NCBI GenBank assembly: GCA_029775925.1
Contig: JARVKB010000033.1
Location: 10,987-74,986, forward strand
DNA from: Nitrososphaeria archaeon
Lineage (GTDB): Archaea > Thermoproteota > Nitrososphaeria > Nitrososphaerales > JACAEJ01
Length of the DNA: 64,000 nucleotides
Direction of reading: 5' to 3'
Every line of letters starts with the position of its first letter. Within the stretch, counting starts at the first letter, position 1. Of the stretch, positions 8,391 through 19,250 are shown piece after piece. A program made the position numbers and the translations under genes. A model generated the notes under the pieces. The model saw nothing but the letters and a program-made list of their open reading frames with translations, ran no database searches and was not told the origin of the DNA.

Positions 8391-9299
8391 TCACTCTCTT
8401 AGCACTCTTCCTGTTAGTCTAAGAAACACATCCTCAAGGGTAGCAGACCTTACTGCAGTTCGATTGAGTCTACACTGGTTCATTAAGGTGAACATTAAAT
8501 CATAAGGCCTATCAGTAAATATATGAATCATATCACCAACTACCTCAAACTCTAATCTCATCCTTTGTAAACATAAAAGAATTTCTGAGTTTGCCTCAAC
8601 TTCTAAAATACTATTTCCAATTCGCTCTTTTACAAGATTGTCTGGTTTTCCTTCAACAAGAATCCTACCATAGTCCATGATAACTAGTCTATCACAAAGT
8701 TTTGCTGCCTCTTCCATATAGTGAGTAGTAAGTATTATTGTAACTCCTTCTTTCTTTAGACTTTTTATCTTGTCCCATATAAGATGCCTTGTTTGAGGGT
8801 CTAATCCTACTGTTGGTTCATCTAAAATCAATATCTTAGGTTCATTCAAAAGAGCTCGAGCAATAATTAACCTTCTTTTCATTCCACCAGAAAGCCTCTC
8901 TATCATTACATCTCTTTTTTCTTCTAATTGCATGAATTTTAGAAGTCTTTCTACTCTTTCTTTTGCTTTATTCTTTGATATGCTGAAATATCTCGAATAG
9001 ATCATAAGATTCTCATATACTGTAAAATCAGGATCAAGGTTGTTCTCCTGTGGTACTACGCCTAGAAATTTTTTAATCTCTTTCGAATATAGGTCCACAT
9101 CCATGCCTAAGACTTCGAGCTTGCCAGAAGTTTTTGGAGAAACACATTGGATCATCTTTATTGTAGTGGTCTTTCCAGCACCATTAGGACCTAAAAGTCC
9201 GAAGCATTCACCTTGCTTTACACTAAAGTTAATACCATTTACTGCTACTAAGTCTCCATACTTTTTCGTTAAATTTTCTGCTGATACTACTACTGACAA
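8391..9299 (-). CDS. ABC transporter ATP-binding protein (DrrA/ABC-2 exporter type)
   Basis: Walker A GPNGAGKTT, signature LSGGMKRR, Walker B ILILDEPT. TTG start. Confidence 0.9.
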   Translation of the reverse strand: MSVVVSAENLTKKYGDLVAVNGINFSVKQGECFGLLGPNGAGKTTTIKMIQCVSPKTSGKLEVLGMDVDLYSKEIKKFLGVVPQENNLDPDFTVYENLMIYSRYFSISKNKAKERVERLLKFMQLEEKRDVMIERLSGGMKRRLIIARALLNEPKILILDEPTVGLDPQTRHLIWDKIKSLKKEGVTIILTTHYMEEAAKLCDRLVIMDYGRILVEGKPDNLVKERIGNSILEVEANSEILLCLQRMRLEFEVVGDMIHIFTDRPYDLMFTLMNQCRLNRTAVRSATLEDVFLRLTGRVLRE

Positions 9300-9383
9300 G
9301 GGAGAAGCCTCGGTTCTAATTTTTATTCTTTCTTAGCTACCAATAAACATTTAAAAAGATTAATGAACCAGATTTAAAGTAAA

Positions 9384-10379
9384 ATGGGTCATAGGAAAAA
9401 GAACGCTCCTAGAAGAGGATCATTAGCGTATCTACCTAGGGGAAGGGCTGCAAGCATAGTGCCTAATATTAGAACATGGCCTGAAACTTCATTGGATAAA
9501 CCATCACTTTTAGGCTTCGCAGGTTTTAAAGCAGGATCTATACATGTTATAACTGTAGATGATAGAGAGAAGACGCCCAACTTTGGCAAGCCAGTATTTA
9601 ACTCAGCTACTGTTCTTAGCGTACCACCTATCTTCATTTATGGCATAAGGGCTTACGGTAAGAATGATAAAGGTTTATTTGTAATTAAAGATGCTTATAG
9701 TGATAAATTACCCAAGGGCTTAGTTGAAAAAAATACAAAACCAAAAGCCATGGAAGATGCGTTAAAAGAAATAGAAAATAACTTGAACAAAATAGTACAA
9801 ATGTCTGCGATAGTAAGCATTTATCCTAAAGATGCAGGATTATCACAAAAGAAGCCAATAATTTTTGAAGTTGGTGTTGGTGGAGGAGAAATGAAATCAC
9901 GTTTTGAATATTTAAAGAATTTATTGGGTAAAGAAATCAGAATAAATGATGTAATAAAGCCTGGTATGTATGTTGATGTTATAGCCATCACAAAAGGAAA
10001 GGGAATAGAAGGGCCTGTGACAAGGTTCGGTGTAAAGAGGAAGAGGCCTAAATCAAGAAAGAGTGTAAGAGCTGTGGCAACTCTCGGGCCATGGCACCCT
10101 GCTTCCGTCATGTATACCGTGCCTCGAGCTGGTCAAAGAGGCTATCATCAAAGAGTTGAGTACAATAAAAGAGTTATAATGGTATCGAACATAAAAGAAG
10201 CAGAAGTAACTCCAAAAGGTGGATTCCCTCATTTTGGTATAATTAAAGGTGATTATATAATCTTAAAAGGATCTGTACCAGGGCCAGCAAAAAGGTTGGT
10301 CAAGATACGCTTCCCGGTAAGGCCCCCTAAAGCCAAGGTTCAACCACCAAAAGTTCTTGAGATAAGTGTAAGAAGGTAA
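9384..10379 (+). CDS. rpl3: 50S ribosomal protein uL3
   Basis: MGHRKKNAPRRGSLAYLPRGRA N-terminus and overall archaeal L3 similarity. Confidence 0.95.
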   Translation: MGHRKKNAPRRGSLAYLPRGRAASIVPNIRTWPETSLDKPSLLGFAGFKAGSIHVITVDDREKTPNFGKPVFNSATVLSVPPIFIYGIRAYGKNDKGLFVIKDAYSDKLPKGLVEKNTKPKAMEDALKEIENNLNKIVQMSAIVSIYPKDAGLSQKKPIIFEVGVGGGEMKSRFEYLKNLLGKEIRINDVIKPGMYVDVIAITKGKGIEGPVTRFGVKRKRPKSRKSVRAVATLGPWHPASVMYTVPRAGQRGYHQRVEYNKRVIMVSNIKEAEVTPKGGFPHFGIIKGDYIILKGSVPGPAKRLVKIRFPVRPPKAKVQPPKVLEISVRR

Positions 10380-10384
10380 TCTTT

Positions 10385-11197
10385 ATGGTTAAAGTTCCTG
10401 TTTACAATCTTGATGCTTCAGTAGCGAGAGAAATAGATCTGCCAGACGTATTCTCCACTCCTTTCAGACCTGATATAATCCATAGGGCTTATGTTGCGCT
10501 ATCATCCCATAAAATTCAGCCCCAAGGTAGAGATCCTTATGCTGGAATGAAGACAAGTGCATCAACGTATAATCCCCCTACAGGTCATGGTATATCAAGA
10601 GTCCCAAGAGTCAAAGGCGAAAGACATCCTAGAGCAGGACAAGCAGCAGGAATAGCAGGAGTAGTGAAAGGCAGACAAGCTCATCCCCCGAGATCTGAAA
10701 AAAAAGTTAGAAAAGAAATTAATAGAAAAGAGAGATTATTAGCAACAGCATCAGCTATAGCTGCATCTTCTAATAAAGAATTAATAATGCTAAGAGGGCA
10801 TAAGGTTGATAAGGTTCCAAACATCCCTCTAGTAGTATCTGATGAGATCCAGAGCTTAAGTAAGACTAAAGATCTAAAATCTGTTTTTGAAAAGTTTGGT
10901 CTAGGTGAAGAGATTGATAGAATATTAGGTAAAATAAAAACTCTATCTGGCAAGCCCAGGATGCGTGGCAGAACGAAAAGAAATGCGATAGGCCCTCTAA
11001 TAGTCATAGCTGAGGATAAAGGCTTAGGAAGGGCTGTAAAGAATTTTCCAGGAGTAGATTATGTGTTGGCAAAGGATTTAAGCGTATTACATTTAGCACC
11101 TGGTTCCTATCCTGGTCGGTTCGTTATATGGGCAGAATCTGCCTTAAAATCTCTTAATAAACCTTTAATGGAGGTCGCTAAAAGATTTGCGAGTTGA
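10385..11197 (+). CDS. rpl4: 50S ribosomal protein uL4
   Basis: Position after L3; typical L4 sequence features (PQGRDPYAGMKTSA, GPLIV). Confidence 0.9.
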   Translation: MVKVPVYNLDASVAREIDLPDVFSTPFRPDIIHRAYVALSSHKIQPQGRDPYAGMKTSASTYNPPTGHGISRVPRVKGERHPRAGQAAGIAGVVKGRQAHPPRSEKKVRKEINRKERLLATASAIAASSNKELIMLRGHKVDKVPNIPLVVSDEIQSLSKTKDLKSVFEKFGLGEEIDRILGKIKTLSGKPRMRGRTKRNAIGPLIVIAEDKGLGRAVKNFPGVDYVLAKDLSVLHLAPGSYPGRFVIWAESALKSLNKPLMEVAKRFAS

Positions 11198-11453
11198 GGA
11201 TGCTTCAAGAATTATAAAAAGGCCTTATGCTACAGAAAAGACTTTTAGTCTTATTGAGAAAGAAAATAAACTTGTTTTTATAGTCGATGAGAAAGCGAGT
11301 AAAAAAGCTATAAAGCAAGCTATTGAGACTTTATACGGTGTAAAAGTGGATTTAGTAAACACTGCAAATACTATTTATGGCAAAAAAGCTTATGTGAAAT
11401 TATCCAAAGAGAGTTCAGCAACAGATCTGGCTACTAAACTAGGTTTAGTATAA
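11187..11453 (+). CDS. rpl23: 50S ribosomal protein uL23
   Basis: IIKRPYATEKTF..AIKQAIETLYGVKV..VNT motifs. TTG start overlapping the L4 stop. Confidence 0.9.
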   Translation: MRVEDASRIIKRPYATEKTFSLIEKENKLVFIVDEKASKKAIKQAIETLYGVKVDLVNTANTIYGKKAYVKLSKESSATDLATKLGLV

Positions 11454-11504
11454 ACCGATGGTAAAGATTTAAGAAGAACAAAAACAAGAATTAAGGTGGC
11501 AATT

Positions 11505-12251
11505 ATGGGTAAAAGAACTCTCCAACAAAGAAGAGGTCGCGGGGGTATACAGTTTCGTGCACCAAAGAAAGGAAAGTTAGCCCCTGCAAGGTATCCTCCT
11601 TTCCCTATCTCAGAAACTAGATGGGGGGTTGTTACTGGATTGTTTGATGAAAGAGGTAGAAGTGCACCACTAGCTCAGATAACCTTTGATAATGGTACAG
11701 TAGCTTATCTGCCGGCTGTAAATGGATACTACGTAGGGTATAAAATAGAAATCGGACCTGAAGCTGAGCCAAAGATAGGAAATATTTTACCATTAGAAAA
11801 GATACCTGAAGGAACTACTATTTGTAATATAGAAAAAAATATAGGCGATGGCGGTAAGCTTATTAGGGCATCTGGGTGCTCAGCCATATTACGTTCAAAG
11901 ACAGCAACAAGCGCTGTCATCAACCTCCCATCTGGTAAAACTTCCATTATAGATTCTAGATGTAGAGCAACCATAGGCGAGATAGCTGGTGGAGGTAGAA
12001 TAGAAAAACCATTCTTAAAAGCAGGAGCGAAATATTATGCCATGAAGGCTAAGGGGAAACCTTATCCCAGAGTGAGAGGAGTTGCAATGATTTCTGTTTA
12101 CCATCCATTTGGAGGAGGAAGACATCAACACACTATACATAAGTCTAAATCTGTCTCTAAGACTGCACCACCGGGCGCTAAAGTTGGAGATATAGCATCG
12201 AGAAAGACAGGTAAAAAGAAATTAATTAAAACGATAAAGGAGGCCGAGTAA
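11505..12251 (+). CDS. rpl2: 50S ribosomal protein uL2
   Basis: [14 protein letters not shown]-terminus, GGGRHQH-type motif ([10 protein letters not shown]). ATG at 11505 is preferred over the tracked GTG at 11496. Confidence 0.95.
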   Translation: MGKRTLQQRRGRGGIQFRAPKKGKLAPARYPPFPISETRWGVVTGLFDERGRSAPLAQITFDNGTVAYLPAVNGYYVGYKIEIGPEAEPKIGNILPLEKIPEGTTICNIEKNIGDGGKLIRASGCSAILRSKTATSAVINLPSGKTSIIDSRCRATIGEIAGGGRIEKPFLKAGAKYYAMKAKGKPYPRVRGVAMISVYHPFGGGRHQHTIHKSKSVSKTAPPGAKVGDIASRKTGKKKLIKTIKEAE

Positions 12252-12255
12252 ATCT

Positions 12256-12651
12256 ATGGTTAGAGAATTTAAGTATAGAGGCTATACAATTGAACAATTA
12301 CAATCTATGTCTTTAGAGACTTTCCTATCGATATTGCCTTCAAGGCAAAGAAGGTCTTTGAATAGAGGTGTATCTGATGAGAAAAGAAAATTGCTTGAAG
12401 AAGTTAGGGCTGCGAAGAATGGAAAATTAAAGAGGGCTATAAAGACTCATGCAAGAGATATGGTGATTTTGCCAAGCATGATTGGTTTAACTATCCATGT
12501 GCATAATGGGAAAGAATTTGTTCCAGTAGAAATTAAACCTCAAATGATAGGGCATTATCTCGGGGAATACGTGATAACAAATAAGAAAGTTGTTCATGGC
12601 ACGCCTGGAATAGGGGCGTCTCGCTCATCTTTATACGTTCCTTTGAAGTGA
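12256..12651 (+). CDS. rps19: 30S ribosomal protein uS19
   Basis: [20 protein letters not shown] motif; position after L2. Confidence 0.95.
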   Translation: MVREFKYRGYTIEQLQSMSLETFLSILPSRQRRSLNRGVSDEKRKLLEEVRAAKNGKLKRAIKTHARDMVILPSMIGLTIHVHNGKEFVPVEIKPQMIGHYLGEYVITNKKVVHGTPGIGASRSSLYVPLK

Positions 12652-12656
12652 ATTAA

Positions 12657-15539
12657 TTATAAGGAAAGAAAAATTCTTCTTTTTAAATTTTTTCTTTCAG
12701 CTTCGAGAATTAATTCAATTAATTTATCATTTATTTTAGGTTCCTTCCTCAATAAAATTTTAGCTTCTGATAGACTAATACCCTTCGCTACCATCACTAT
12801 TGCTGCTGCAAATCCATAATCGGAGATCAATTCTGCTGAATTTAACAATTTTCTCAAAACCTTTTTTTCATTGCCAGATAGCTCTTTTTTTGATAGCATT
12901 TTTTCGCATAATTGTATTATTTTTTCCAATGTCTCACTAGTTAAACCGATTTTTGATGAGCCACAGATAGGACAGGTTATTTTCTTTTTAAGATCAAGAA
13001 CTCTTAACAATTCTGAATAATTCCAACAGTTTGTGCAGACAAAGACTTTGCTTTCGTTAATTAATCTTGCATAAGCGGATCTAATAAGTATACCCTTCAT
13101 TCTTTTAGGAGGTATTATTTCCCTCATTCTGAAAAGTTCTTCAAAGCCGATCTTTCCTATGGGTGAAATAGAATTAAAATTCTTTATCAAAGAAATTTCA
13201 ATGTTATTACATGCTATCTTTTTAATAATAAAACTAGTTAACTCTATATCGGCATCTTTGAATAATGTCGTCTTTACGGCTTCATCATAAATAACACTAC
13301 CTTCAAAACTTTTTATCAATTTACTTAAATTTGCATCATCCAAATCAACATCTTTTGGTATGGCACCAAACTTCCTTGCTACATGAATAAACCTTCTTTT
13401 GAAGATTCCCGTTTTAATAAAGGCTTGAATTACTAACTCCTTTATGTCTCTATTGACTAATTCTTTTAAAATTGAACTTATGTCTTCTAGGCTTATCTTA
13501 TCTGTTTGAATTATTATACGGTAAGGATCTTGTTGAACACGGATGGGCATGCCTATCTTTTCAGATAAAATTAATCCCAATATTCTTGAGATAGTTCGAT
13601 TTACTAATAATCCAAAGCAGCAGTTTATTATGATCAAATCATTCCATTGCTCAACAGTGATTCTTTTATCTGTTGGTACTGGTAAGCCCATCTTAAATTG
13701 ATCTAATATTTCCGATATGGCCAGCATTATTGTTTGGCTATCACAAGGATAACTCTTGTTCAATTCAAGAGCAATGTCTTCAGCTTTCGATCCTAATTTT
13801 GCCATTTCTTCTACTTTGCGCCTTATCATCCCTACTTCATTTGCAACTTCAAAAGATACTGGAATCTCTTCACCAATCCAACTAGGCACTGCTCCTATCG
13901 GGTCTTCCTCAGACTTTACATAAACTCTATCTTTAAATACTTGAAGAATCTTCCATACACCACCTTTAATAATAAATTTTGTGCCAATTTCACCATGCTC
14001 CACAATAAACGCCTCGTCTAAAACTCCTATCGGTTCATCCTTTTCCTCATCTATGACTATAAACTGCTTCTCATCTGGAATCATAGACAGATTTTGAAAG
14101 TAATATTTGTAAAATTCTTTGCTCTTTTGAGGTTTTGTAAAAAATTTATCCTGAAAAGATACCCAAGCAAATCTTGGATATCTCGTATGCATATACTCAA
14201 GAACTCTCTTCAAGTCATTTTCAGATAAATCTCTATAAGAATAAGCATTTTTAAAAATATTTAACACTTCATTAAAGCTCCATCTCATTTTTTGCATAAG
14301 TAAGCCGACTATTTGATGAACCATTACATCCAAAGGTTTATCAGGAATATGTGCTGGTTCCAATTTTTCAATTAAAGCACGACGAGCTATGACAAGGGCT
14401 TCAAGAGTATCATCTGAATTCTGAGTTATTATAACTCCCTTTGCAATGCCTCCAATCTTATGACCACTCCTACCTACCCTTTGAAGTAGTCTAGTAACCT
14501 GCCTCGGTGAGTTGTATTGGATTACCATTTCTAATGCCCCTACATCTATTCCAAGCTCAAGAGAGCTTGTGCAGACAATTCCCAATAATTTTCCCTCCTT
14601 TAAGCCCCTTTCAGCAGATATGCGAGATACTTTAGAAAGTGATCCATGATGTACTCCTATCGGTAGATTTATCTCCCAGACCCTAAAACGATTCGTAAGG
14701 ATTTCAGCCTCTGACCTTGTATTCGTGAATAGTAATGCTGAAGCATTCTCTTCTATCAAATCCTTCATAATCCTTAGTCTTGATGCAACTTCTGGATAAG
14801 TATACAATTTACTAGCAAGATCAGAATCTTCAGCAGTCGGCTTTGGATAAATTACTTTTATTTGCATGAACCTAGAAACAGGGACTTGTACTATTTCGCA
14901 AGGTCTATCTTTACCGACCAAGAACTTTGCTACGTCTTCTGGAGCGCCTATTGTTGCTGATAATCCTATTATTTGAAATTCTCTTCCAGTTATATATCTT
15001 AACCTTTCAAGACCTACTGATAATTGTATACCTCTTTTCTCGGTTGCTAGCTCATGAACTTCATCAATTATTAACCATCTTATGGATTTAAGGTGTCTTC
15101 TCATGACTCGACCTGGCAGTATTGCCTGTAAAGTTTCAGGAGTCGTTATAAGAATATCTGGAGGGAGTCTGGCTTGAGCACTTCTTTCCTTCGATTCAGT
15201 ATCTCCGTGCCTAACCGATAATCTTAAATCAAGCCTTTTGCACCACCATTCAAGCCTTTCTAGTAAATCCCTATTCAAGGCCCTCAAAGGAGTTATATAA
15301 AGAGCCTTTATACCAGAAATTCCCCCTCCTAACCTCAGTATAAAATCCAGTATTGGTAAGAAGGCTGCTTCAGTCTTTCCTGTTCCTGTGGGTGCTATGA
15401 GTAAAACATTCTTTCCTTTCATTATCAAAGGAATTGCTTTTAATTGTGGATCTGTTGGTTCATAAAAACCTCTTTCTTGGATGGCCCTTCTTATAGGCTT
15501 TATAAATAAAGAGAATACGTCCTCCCTCGCCCCTATCAT
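12657..15539 (-). CDS. lhr: Lhr-like DEAD/DEAH-box (DEVH) helicase, large archaeal type with C-terminal zinc ribbon
   Basis: Walker A APTGTGKT, DEVH box (IIDEVHEL), SAT, motif VI QRVGRSGH. A long Lhr-type C-terminal region contains CTNC..CPICG. Confidence 0.85.
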   Translation of the reverse strand: MIGAREDVFSLFIKPIRRAIQERGFYEPTDPQLKAIPLIMKGKNVLLIAPTGTGKTEAAFLPILDFILRLGGGISGIKALYITPLRALNRDLLERLEWWCKRLDLRLSVRHGDTESKERSAQARLPPDILITTPETLQAILPGRVMRRHLKSIRWLIIDEVHELATEKRGIQLSVGLERLRYITGREFQIIGLSATIGAPEDVAKFLVGKDRPCEIVQVPVSRFMQIKVIYPKPTAEDSDLASKLYTYPEVASRLRIMKDLIEENASALLFTNTRSEAEILTNRFRVWEINLPIGVHHGSLSKVSRISAERGLKEGKLLGIVCTSSLELGIDVGALEMVIQYNSPRQVTRLLQRVGRSGHKIGGIAKGVIITQNSDDTLEALVIARRALIEKLEPAHIPDKPLDVMVHQIVGLLMQKMRWSFNEVLNIFKNAYSYRDLSENDLKRVLEYMHTRYPRFAWVSFQDKFFTKPQKSKEFYKYYFQNLSMIPDEKQFIVIDEEKDEPIGVLDEAFIVEHGEIGTKFIIKGGVWKILQVFKDRVYVKSEEDPIGAVPSWIGEEIPVSFEVANEVGMIRRKVEEMAKLGSKAEDIALELNKSYPCDSQTIMLAISEILDQFKMGLPVPTDKRITVEQWNDLIIINCCFGLLVNRTISRILGLILSEKIGMPIRVQQDPYRIIIQTDKISLEDISSILKELVNRDIKELVIQAFIKTGIFKRRFIHVARKFGAIPKDVDLDDANLSKLIKSFEGSVIYDEAVKTTLFKDADIELTSFIIKKIACNNIEISLIKNFNSISPIGKIGFEELFRMREIIPPKRMKGILIRSAYARLINESKVFVCTNCWNYSELLRVLDLKKKITCPICGSSKIGLTSETLEKIIQLCEKMLSKKELSGNEKKVLRKLLNSAELISDYGFAAAIVMVAKGISLSEAKILLRKEPKINDKLIELILEAERKNLKRRIFLSL

Positions 15540-15643
15540 TCTATTTCCAATTGGTAATCAAATTGCAATAAAGATTTGCTAAAGGTAGATCGTATCGTGA
15601 AAGAGAGAAGTTAGTAGAATTTATATGGGGCCTTTTATGATGG

Positions 15644-16042
15644 ATGATCGCTTTGGTAAAAGTAAAGGATGTTATGATCAAAGAAGTTATTACGATAGAT
15701 GAGGGAGAAAGCGTGGCCAAAGCATGTGAAATAATGGGAGAAAAGCATATAGGCAGTCTAATAGTTTTACGCCAAGGCAAGCCTATAGGAATATTCACAG
15801 AAAGGGATTTGTTGTCTAAAATAATTCCAAAAAGGCTCAAGTTAGATGAAGTAAAAATAAAAGATTACATGTCTACACCTTTGACCGTTATCAGCTCAGA
15901 ATTTGACTTAAAAGAAGCAGCCAGAATCATGTCACAATTGAAGATAAGGAGACTTCCTGTAATAGAAGGAGAAAAGCTTGTGGGGATATTAACATCTGCT
16001 GATATAATCCATGCATTAGCTAAAGCGCCATTGGAATTTTAA
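15644..16042 (+). CDS. CBS-pair domain protein
   Basis: Two CBS repeats (VMIKEVITI..GSLIV..GIFTERDL and YMSTPLTVI..RRLPV..GILTSADI). Confidence 0.85.
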   Translation: MIALVKVKDVMIKEVITIDEGESVAKACEIMGEKHIGSLIVLRQGKPIGIFTERDLLSKIIPKRLKLDEVKIKDYMSTPLTVISSEFDLKEAARIMSQLKIRRLPVIEGEKLVGILTSADIIHALAKAPLEF

Positions 16043-16055
16043 AGGACTGGTAAAA

Positions 16056-16265
16056 ATGGTTCCAAAAACAAAAAGAGGAAAGGTAAAGTGTAGTGATTGT
16101 GGTAGAATTTTATTAATGAAAGATCAAGGATTGAAGTGGGATAAATGTCAAGTTTGTGAAGCGATAATATGCGTGAATTGCATGTGGTATAACAGAATCC
16201 GAAAAGAAGGTTTTCACAGCTATTACTATGATGTAGTAAGAGTATGTAGGAATCACGTAATTTAA
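16056..16265 (+). CDS. Small cysteine-rich (three CxxC pairs) hypothetical protein
   Basis: ORF only. CSDCG, CQVC and CVNC pairs suggest zinc binding. Lies 13 nt after the CBS gene on the same strand. Confidence 0.4.
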   Translation: MVPKTKRGKVKCSDCGRILLMKDQGLKWDKCQVCEAIICVNCMWYNRIRKEGFHSYYYDVVRVCRNHVI

Positions 16266-16338
16266 GATTTTTAATCAAATGATGACAAAATATGGGGGAA
16301 GGGCTTATTTTCTTCCAATTTAATGGAAGAGGGGCAGT

Positions 16339-17358
16339 ATGAGAATAATTTTATTGGGCTTTGGTGTTGTCGGTCAAAGCTTTCTTAAATTACTCACCCA
16401 TAGATATAATGAGATTGCTTCATTCTATGGACTAAAGCCAAGAATAGTGGCTATTGTTGATAGAGGCGGCGCAGCTATAGATGAGAGAGGTCTTGACATG
16501 GAAAAAATGCTAGAATTCAAGAAGACAATGGGAAGCATCTCTAAAGCTAATGATAAAGGCTTTCCTGATTTAACGGCTGAAGAAGTCATAAAAAAGATTG
16601 ATGCAGAGGTTGTAATCGAGGTTACACCGACCAATATTATAAGCGGAGAACCAGGTTTAACTAATATAGAAAATAGCATAAAGAGCGGTAAGCATGTAAT
16701 AACAACGAATAAAGGTCCTTTAGCACTAGCTCTTCCTGCCCTTATGGATCTTGCGGAGTACAATGGGGTTTACTTAAGGTTTAGTGGTACCGTAGGGGGA
16801 GGCATGCCAGTGCTTGATTTAGGGAAAAAATGCCTTATAGCTGATAAGATCATTGCAATAAGAGGTATACTGAACGGAACCACAAATTATATCTTAACAG
16901 AGATGATTGAGAAGCGTATTGAATTTAATGAAGCTCTTAAAAAAGCTCAAGACTTGGGCTATGCAGAAAAGGACCCATCTTTAGATATAGATGGTTTCGA
17001 TACAGCATGCAAACTGGTTATAATGGCCAATTGGATAATGGGTAAAAAAGTCACTTTGAAAGATGTTAAAATAAACGGTATACGCAATTTAGCTCTCAAG
17101 GATTTAATAGATGCCGACAAAAATGGTAACGCAATAAAGCTCATAGGCTCTATTAATAAGAACATAGAAGTTAAGCCTAGAGAAGTATCAAAAAGAGATA
17201 TTTTATGTGTTCATGGGACTCTTAATGCTGTAACTTTTGTCTCTGAATTCGCTGGTGAGGAAACTCTAATAGGAAGAGGAGCTGGTGGAATGGAGACAGC
17301 GAGTGCCATATTAAGGGATTTGATAGATATAAAAACGAATTTATCTAAAAAATTCTAA
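16339..17358 (+). CDS. hom: Homoserine dehydrogenase
   Basis: N-terminal Rossmann motif LLGFGVVGQ, TTNKGPLA, and the GILNGTTNYIL catalytic-domain motif. Confidence 0.9.
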   Translation: MRIILLGFGVVGQSFLKLLTHRYNEIASFYGLKPRIVAIVDRGGAAIDERGLDMEKMLEFKKTMGSISKANDKGFPDLTAEEVIKKIDAEVVIEVTPTNIISGEPGLTNIENSIKSGKHVITTNKGPLALALPALMDLAEYNGVYLRFSGTVGGGMPVLDLGKKCLIADKIIAIRGILNGTTNYILTEMIEKRIEFNEALKKAQDLGYAEKDPSLDIDGFDTACKLVIMANWIMGKKVTLKDVKINGIRNLALKDLIDADKNGNAIKLIGSINKNIEVKPREVSKRDILCVHGTLNAVTFVSEFAGEETLIGRGAGGMETASAILRDLIDIKTNLSKKF

Positions 17359-17724
17359 AAGAATTAGGTCCCATAGCCTGAAAGTTAGAAATCCATCAGC
17401 TGGTTTAGCCTCTTAAGATGCTATTATAATTACTTCAGTTTTCCTTTTATATTAATTAAAGCTATTGAGACAATATATATGGGGTTAGAGGCAACTGTCT
17501 GTGCCAATTGTGGAAATAACGATACCATTAAGGCCTTATGTTAAGTTTGTGGCATACGAAATTTACGGCAGGAGAGAATGTAGTAAAAGGTATGAAGTAA
17601 TTGTGGAGCTAAACAATAATTTAAAATAAGAATAAAGCCAATAGCTGTGTACTAACTTAATCTGCGGAAAACAATATATAAAGATAAACTATTTGTTAGA
17701 TCGGTCACATAAAGGTAGGAAAAT

Positions 17725-19128
17725 ATGAAGTTAGTCATGAAGTTTGGGGGTTCTTCCGTAGCAAACGGAGATTGCATAAAGAAAGTTGCCAAAATTATTT
17801 CAGATTATAATAGTCAGGGGAATGAACTGGTGGTAGTGGTATCTGCGTTAGACGGCGTGACTGACCAGTTGATAGAAGCTTCTGAAGAGGCTAAAAAAGG
17901 CAACTTGAATTATATTCGTGAGTTCATTCAAAAGATCAGAGAGAGACATCTTAATACTATTAAAGATGCTATAAAGACTGAATCCTTAAAGGAAGAAGTA
18001 TCTAAAATAGTTCAAAGTATTATAGAAGAGCTAGAGAAGGTTTTGATAGGAATTTCTTATCTCGGTGAACTTACACCAAAATCTTTAGATTATGTTCTAT
18101 CCTTTGGTGAGCGATTATCTGCCCCTATATTGTGCTATTCTCTTCTTGATATAGGGCTTAGCTCCAAATTCTTTTCAGGAAAAGACGCAGGTATTGTAAC
18201 AGATTCTAATTATGGGGAAGCAAGACCTTTAATAAATTTGACAAAGTATCGAGTAAAACAAAAGTTAGAACCTTTGCTTAACAAAGGTATAATCCCTGTA
18301 GTAACGGGTTATATAGCTTCTACCCAAGAGGGTTTCATAACAACCTTAGGAAGAGGAGGGTCTGATTATTCTGCTACTATAATTGGGGCTTCGTTAAAAG
18401 TTGATGAAGTTTATATTTGGACAGATGTTGATGGATTGATGACTGCGGACCCTAAGATAGTACCATCAGCAAAGACAATGCCGGAAATATCTTTCCAAGA
18501 AGCTATAGAGATGGCTCTTTTCGGTGCGAAAGGTCTCCATCCTAGAGCTTTAGAACCAGCTATGGAAGAAGGGATACCCGTTAGGATAAGAAATACTTTT
18601 AATCCGGAGAATCCTGGCACGCTTATAGTCAATGAAAAGAAAATCGACAAAGGTAAAATAGTGAAAGCCGTAACCCTCATAAAGAATGTTTCATTAATAA
18701 GTGTTAATGGAGCAGGGATGGTTGGTACTCCTGGTACTGCGTCAAAAGTTTTTGATGTTCTGGGTAAGAATAATATAAACGTGTTAATGATATCTCAAAG
18801 CGCTTCTGAAACAAACATATCTTTTATAATAAAAAAGCCCTTCCTTGGAAAGGCCATGAGTGCTTTAGAAATATCCTTATTGGGTCAAGGAATTGTTCGT
18901 GAAATTACTGCTGAAGAGGACATATGTATTATTGCAATAGTGGGAGCAGGTATGAGGGGTACTCCTGGAGTTGCTGCTAGATTATTTAACGCTGTTGCCA
19001 AAAAGGGCATAAATGTCATAATGATTTCTCAAGGCTCATCTGAAGTCAATATATCTTTTGTTGTGAAGGAAAAAGATGGAGAGGAAGCTGTTAGAGCTAT
19101 ACATGAAGAATTCGGTCTTTCGAAATAA
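17725..19128 (+). CDS. Aspartate kinase with two C-terminal ACT domains
   Basis: MKFGGSSV, VVVSA, GRGGSDYSA and TDVDG motifs, plus duplicated ACT-like segments (GAGMVGTPG and GAGMRGTPG). Confidence 0.95.
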   Translation: MKLVMKFGGSSVANGDCIKKVAKIISDYNSQGNELVVVVSALDGVTDQLIEASEEAKKGNLNYIREFIQKIRERHLNTIKDAIKTESLKEEVSKIVQSIIEELEKVLIGISYLGELTPKSLDYVLSFGERLSAPILCYSLLDIGLSSKFFSGKDAGIVTDSNYGEARPLINLTKYRVKQKLEPLLNKGIIPVVTGYIASTQEGFITTLGRGGSDYSATIIGASLKVDEVYIWTDVDGLMTADPKIVPSAKTMPEISFQEAIEMALFGAKGLHPRALEPAMEEGIPVRIRNTFNPENPGTLIVNEKKIDKGKIVKAVTLIKNVSLISVNGAGMVGTPGTASKVFDVLGKNNINVLMISQSASETNISFIIKKPFLGKAMSALEISLLGQGIVREITAEEDICIIAIVGAGMRGTPGVAARLFNAVAKKGINVIMISQGSSEVNISFVVKEKDGEEAVRAIHEEFGLSK

Positions 19129-19250
19129 AATTCAGTAAATTCAAGCAAGCCATAATGAAGATCAAGAGATGTTCAGAAGAGTTTATTTTAACTGAAAATA
19201 AGAATAAAGGAGGAAAAACGCCATAAACTATCCTTGCACTAGGGAAAAAC

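Noticed and set aside
15541-15840. 99-aa minus-strand ORF immediately upstream of the Lhr helicase start.
   Set aside because: It overlaps the 5' half of the well-supported CBS-domain gene on the opposite strand and has no recognisable features. It is probably spurious.
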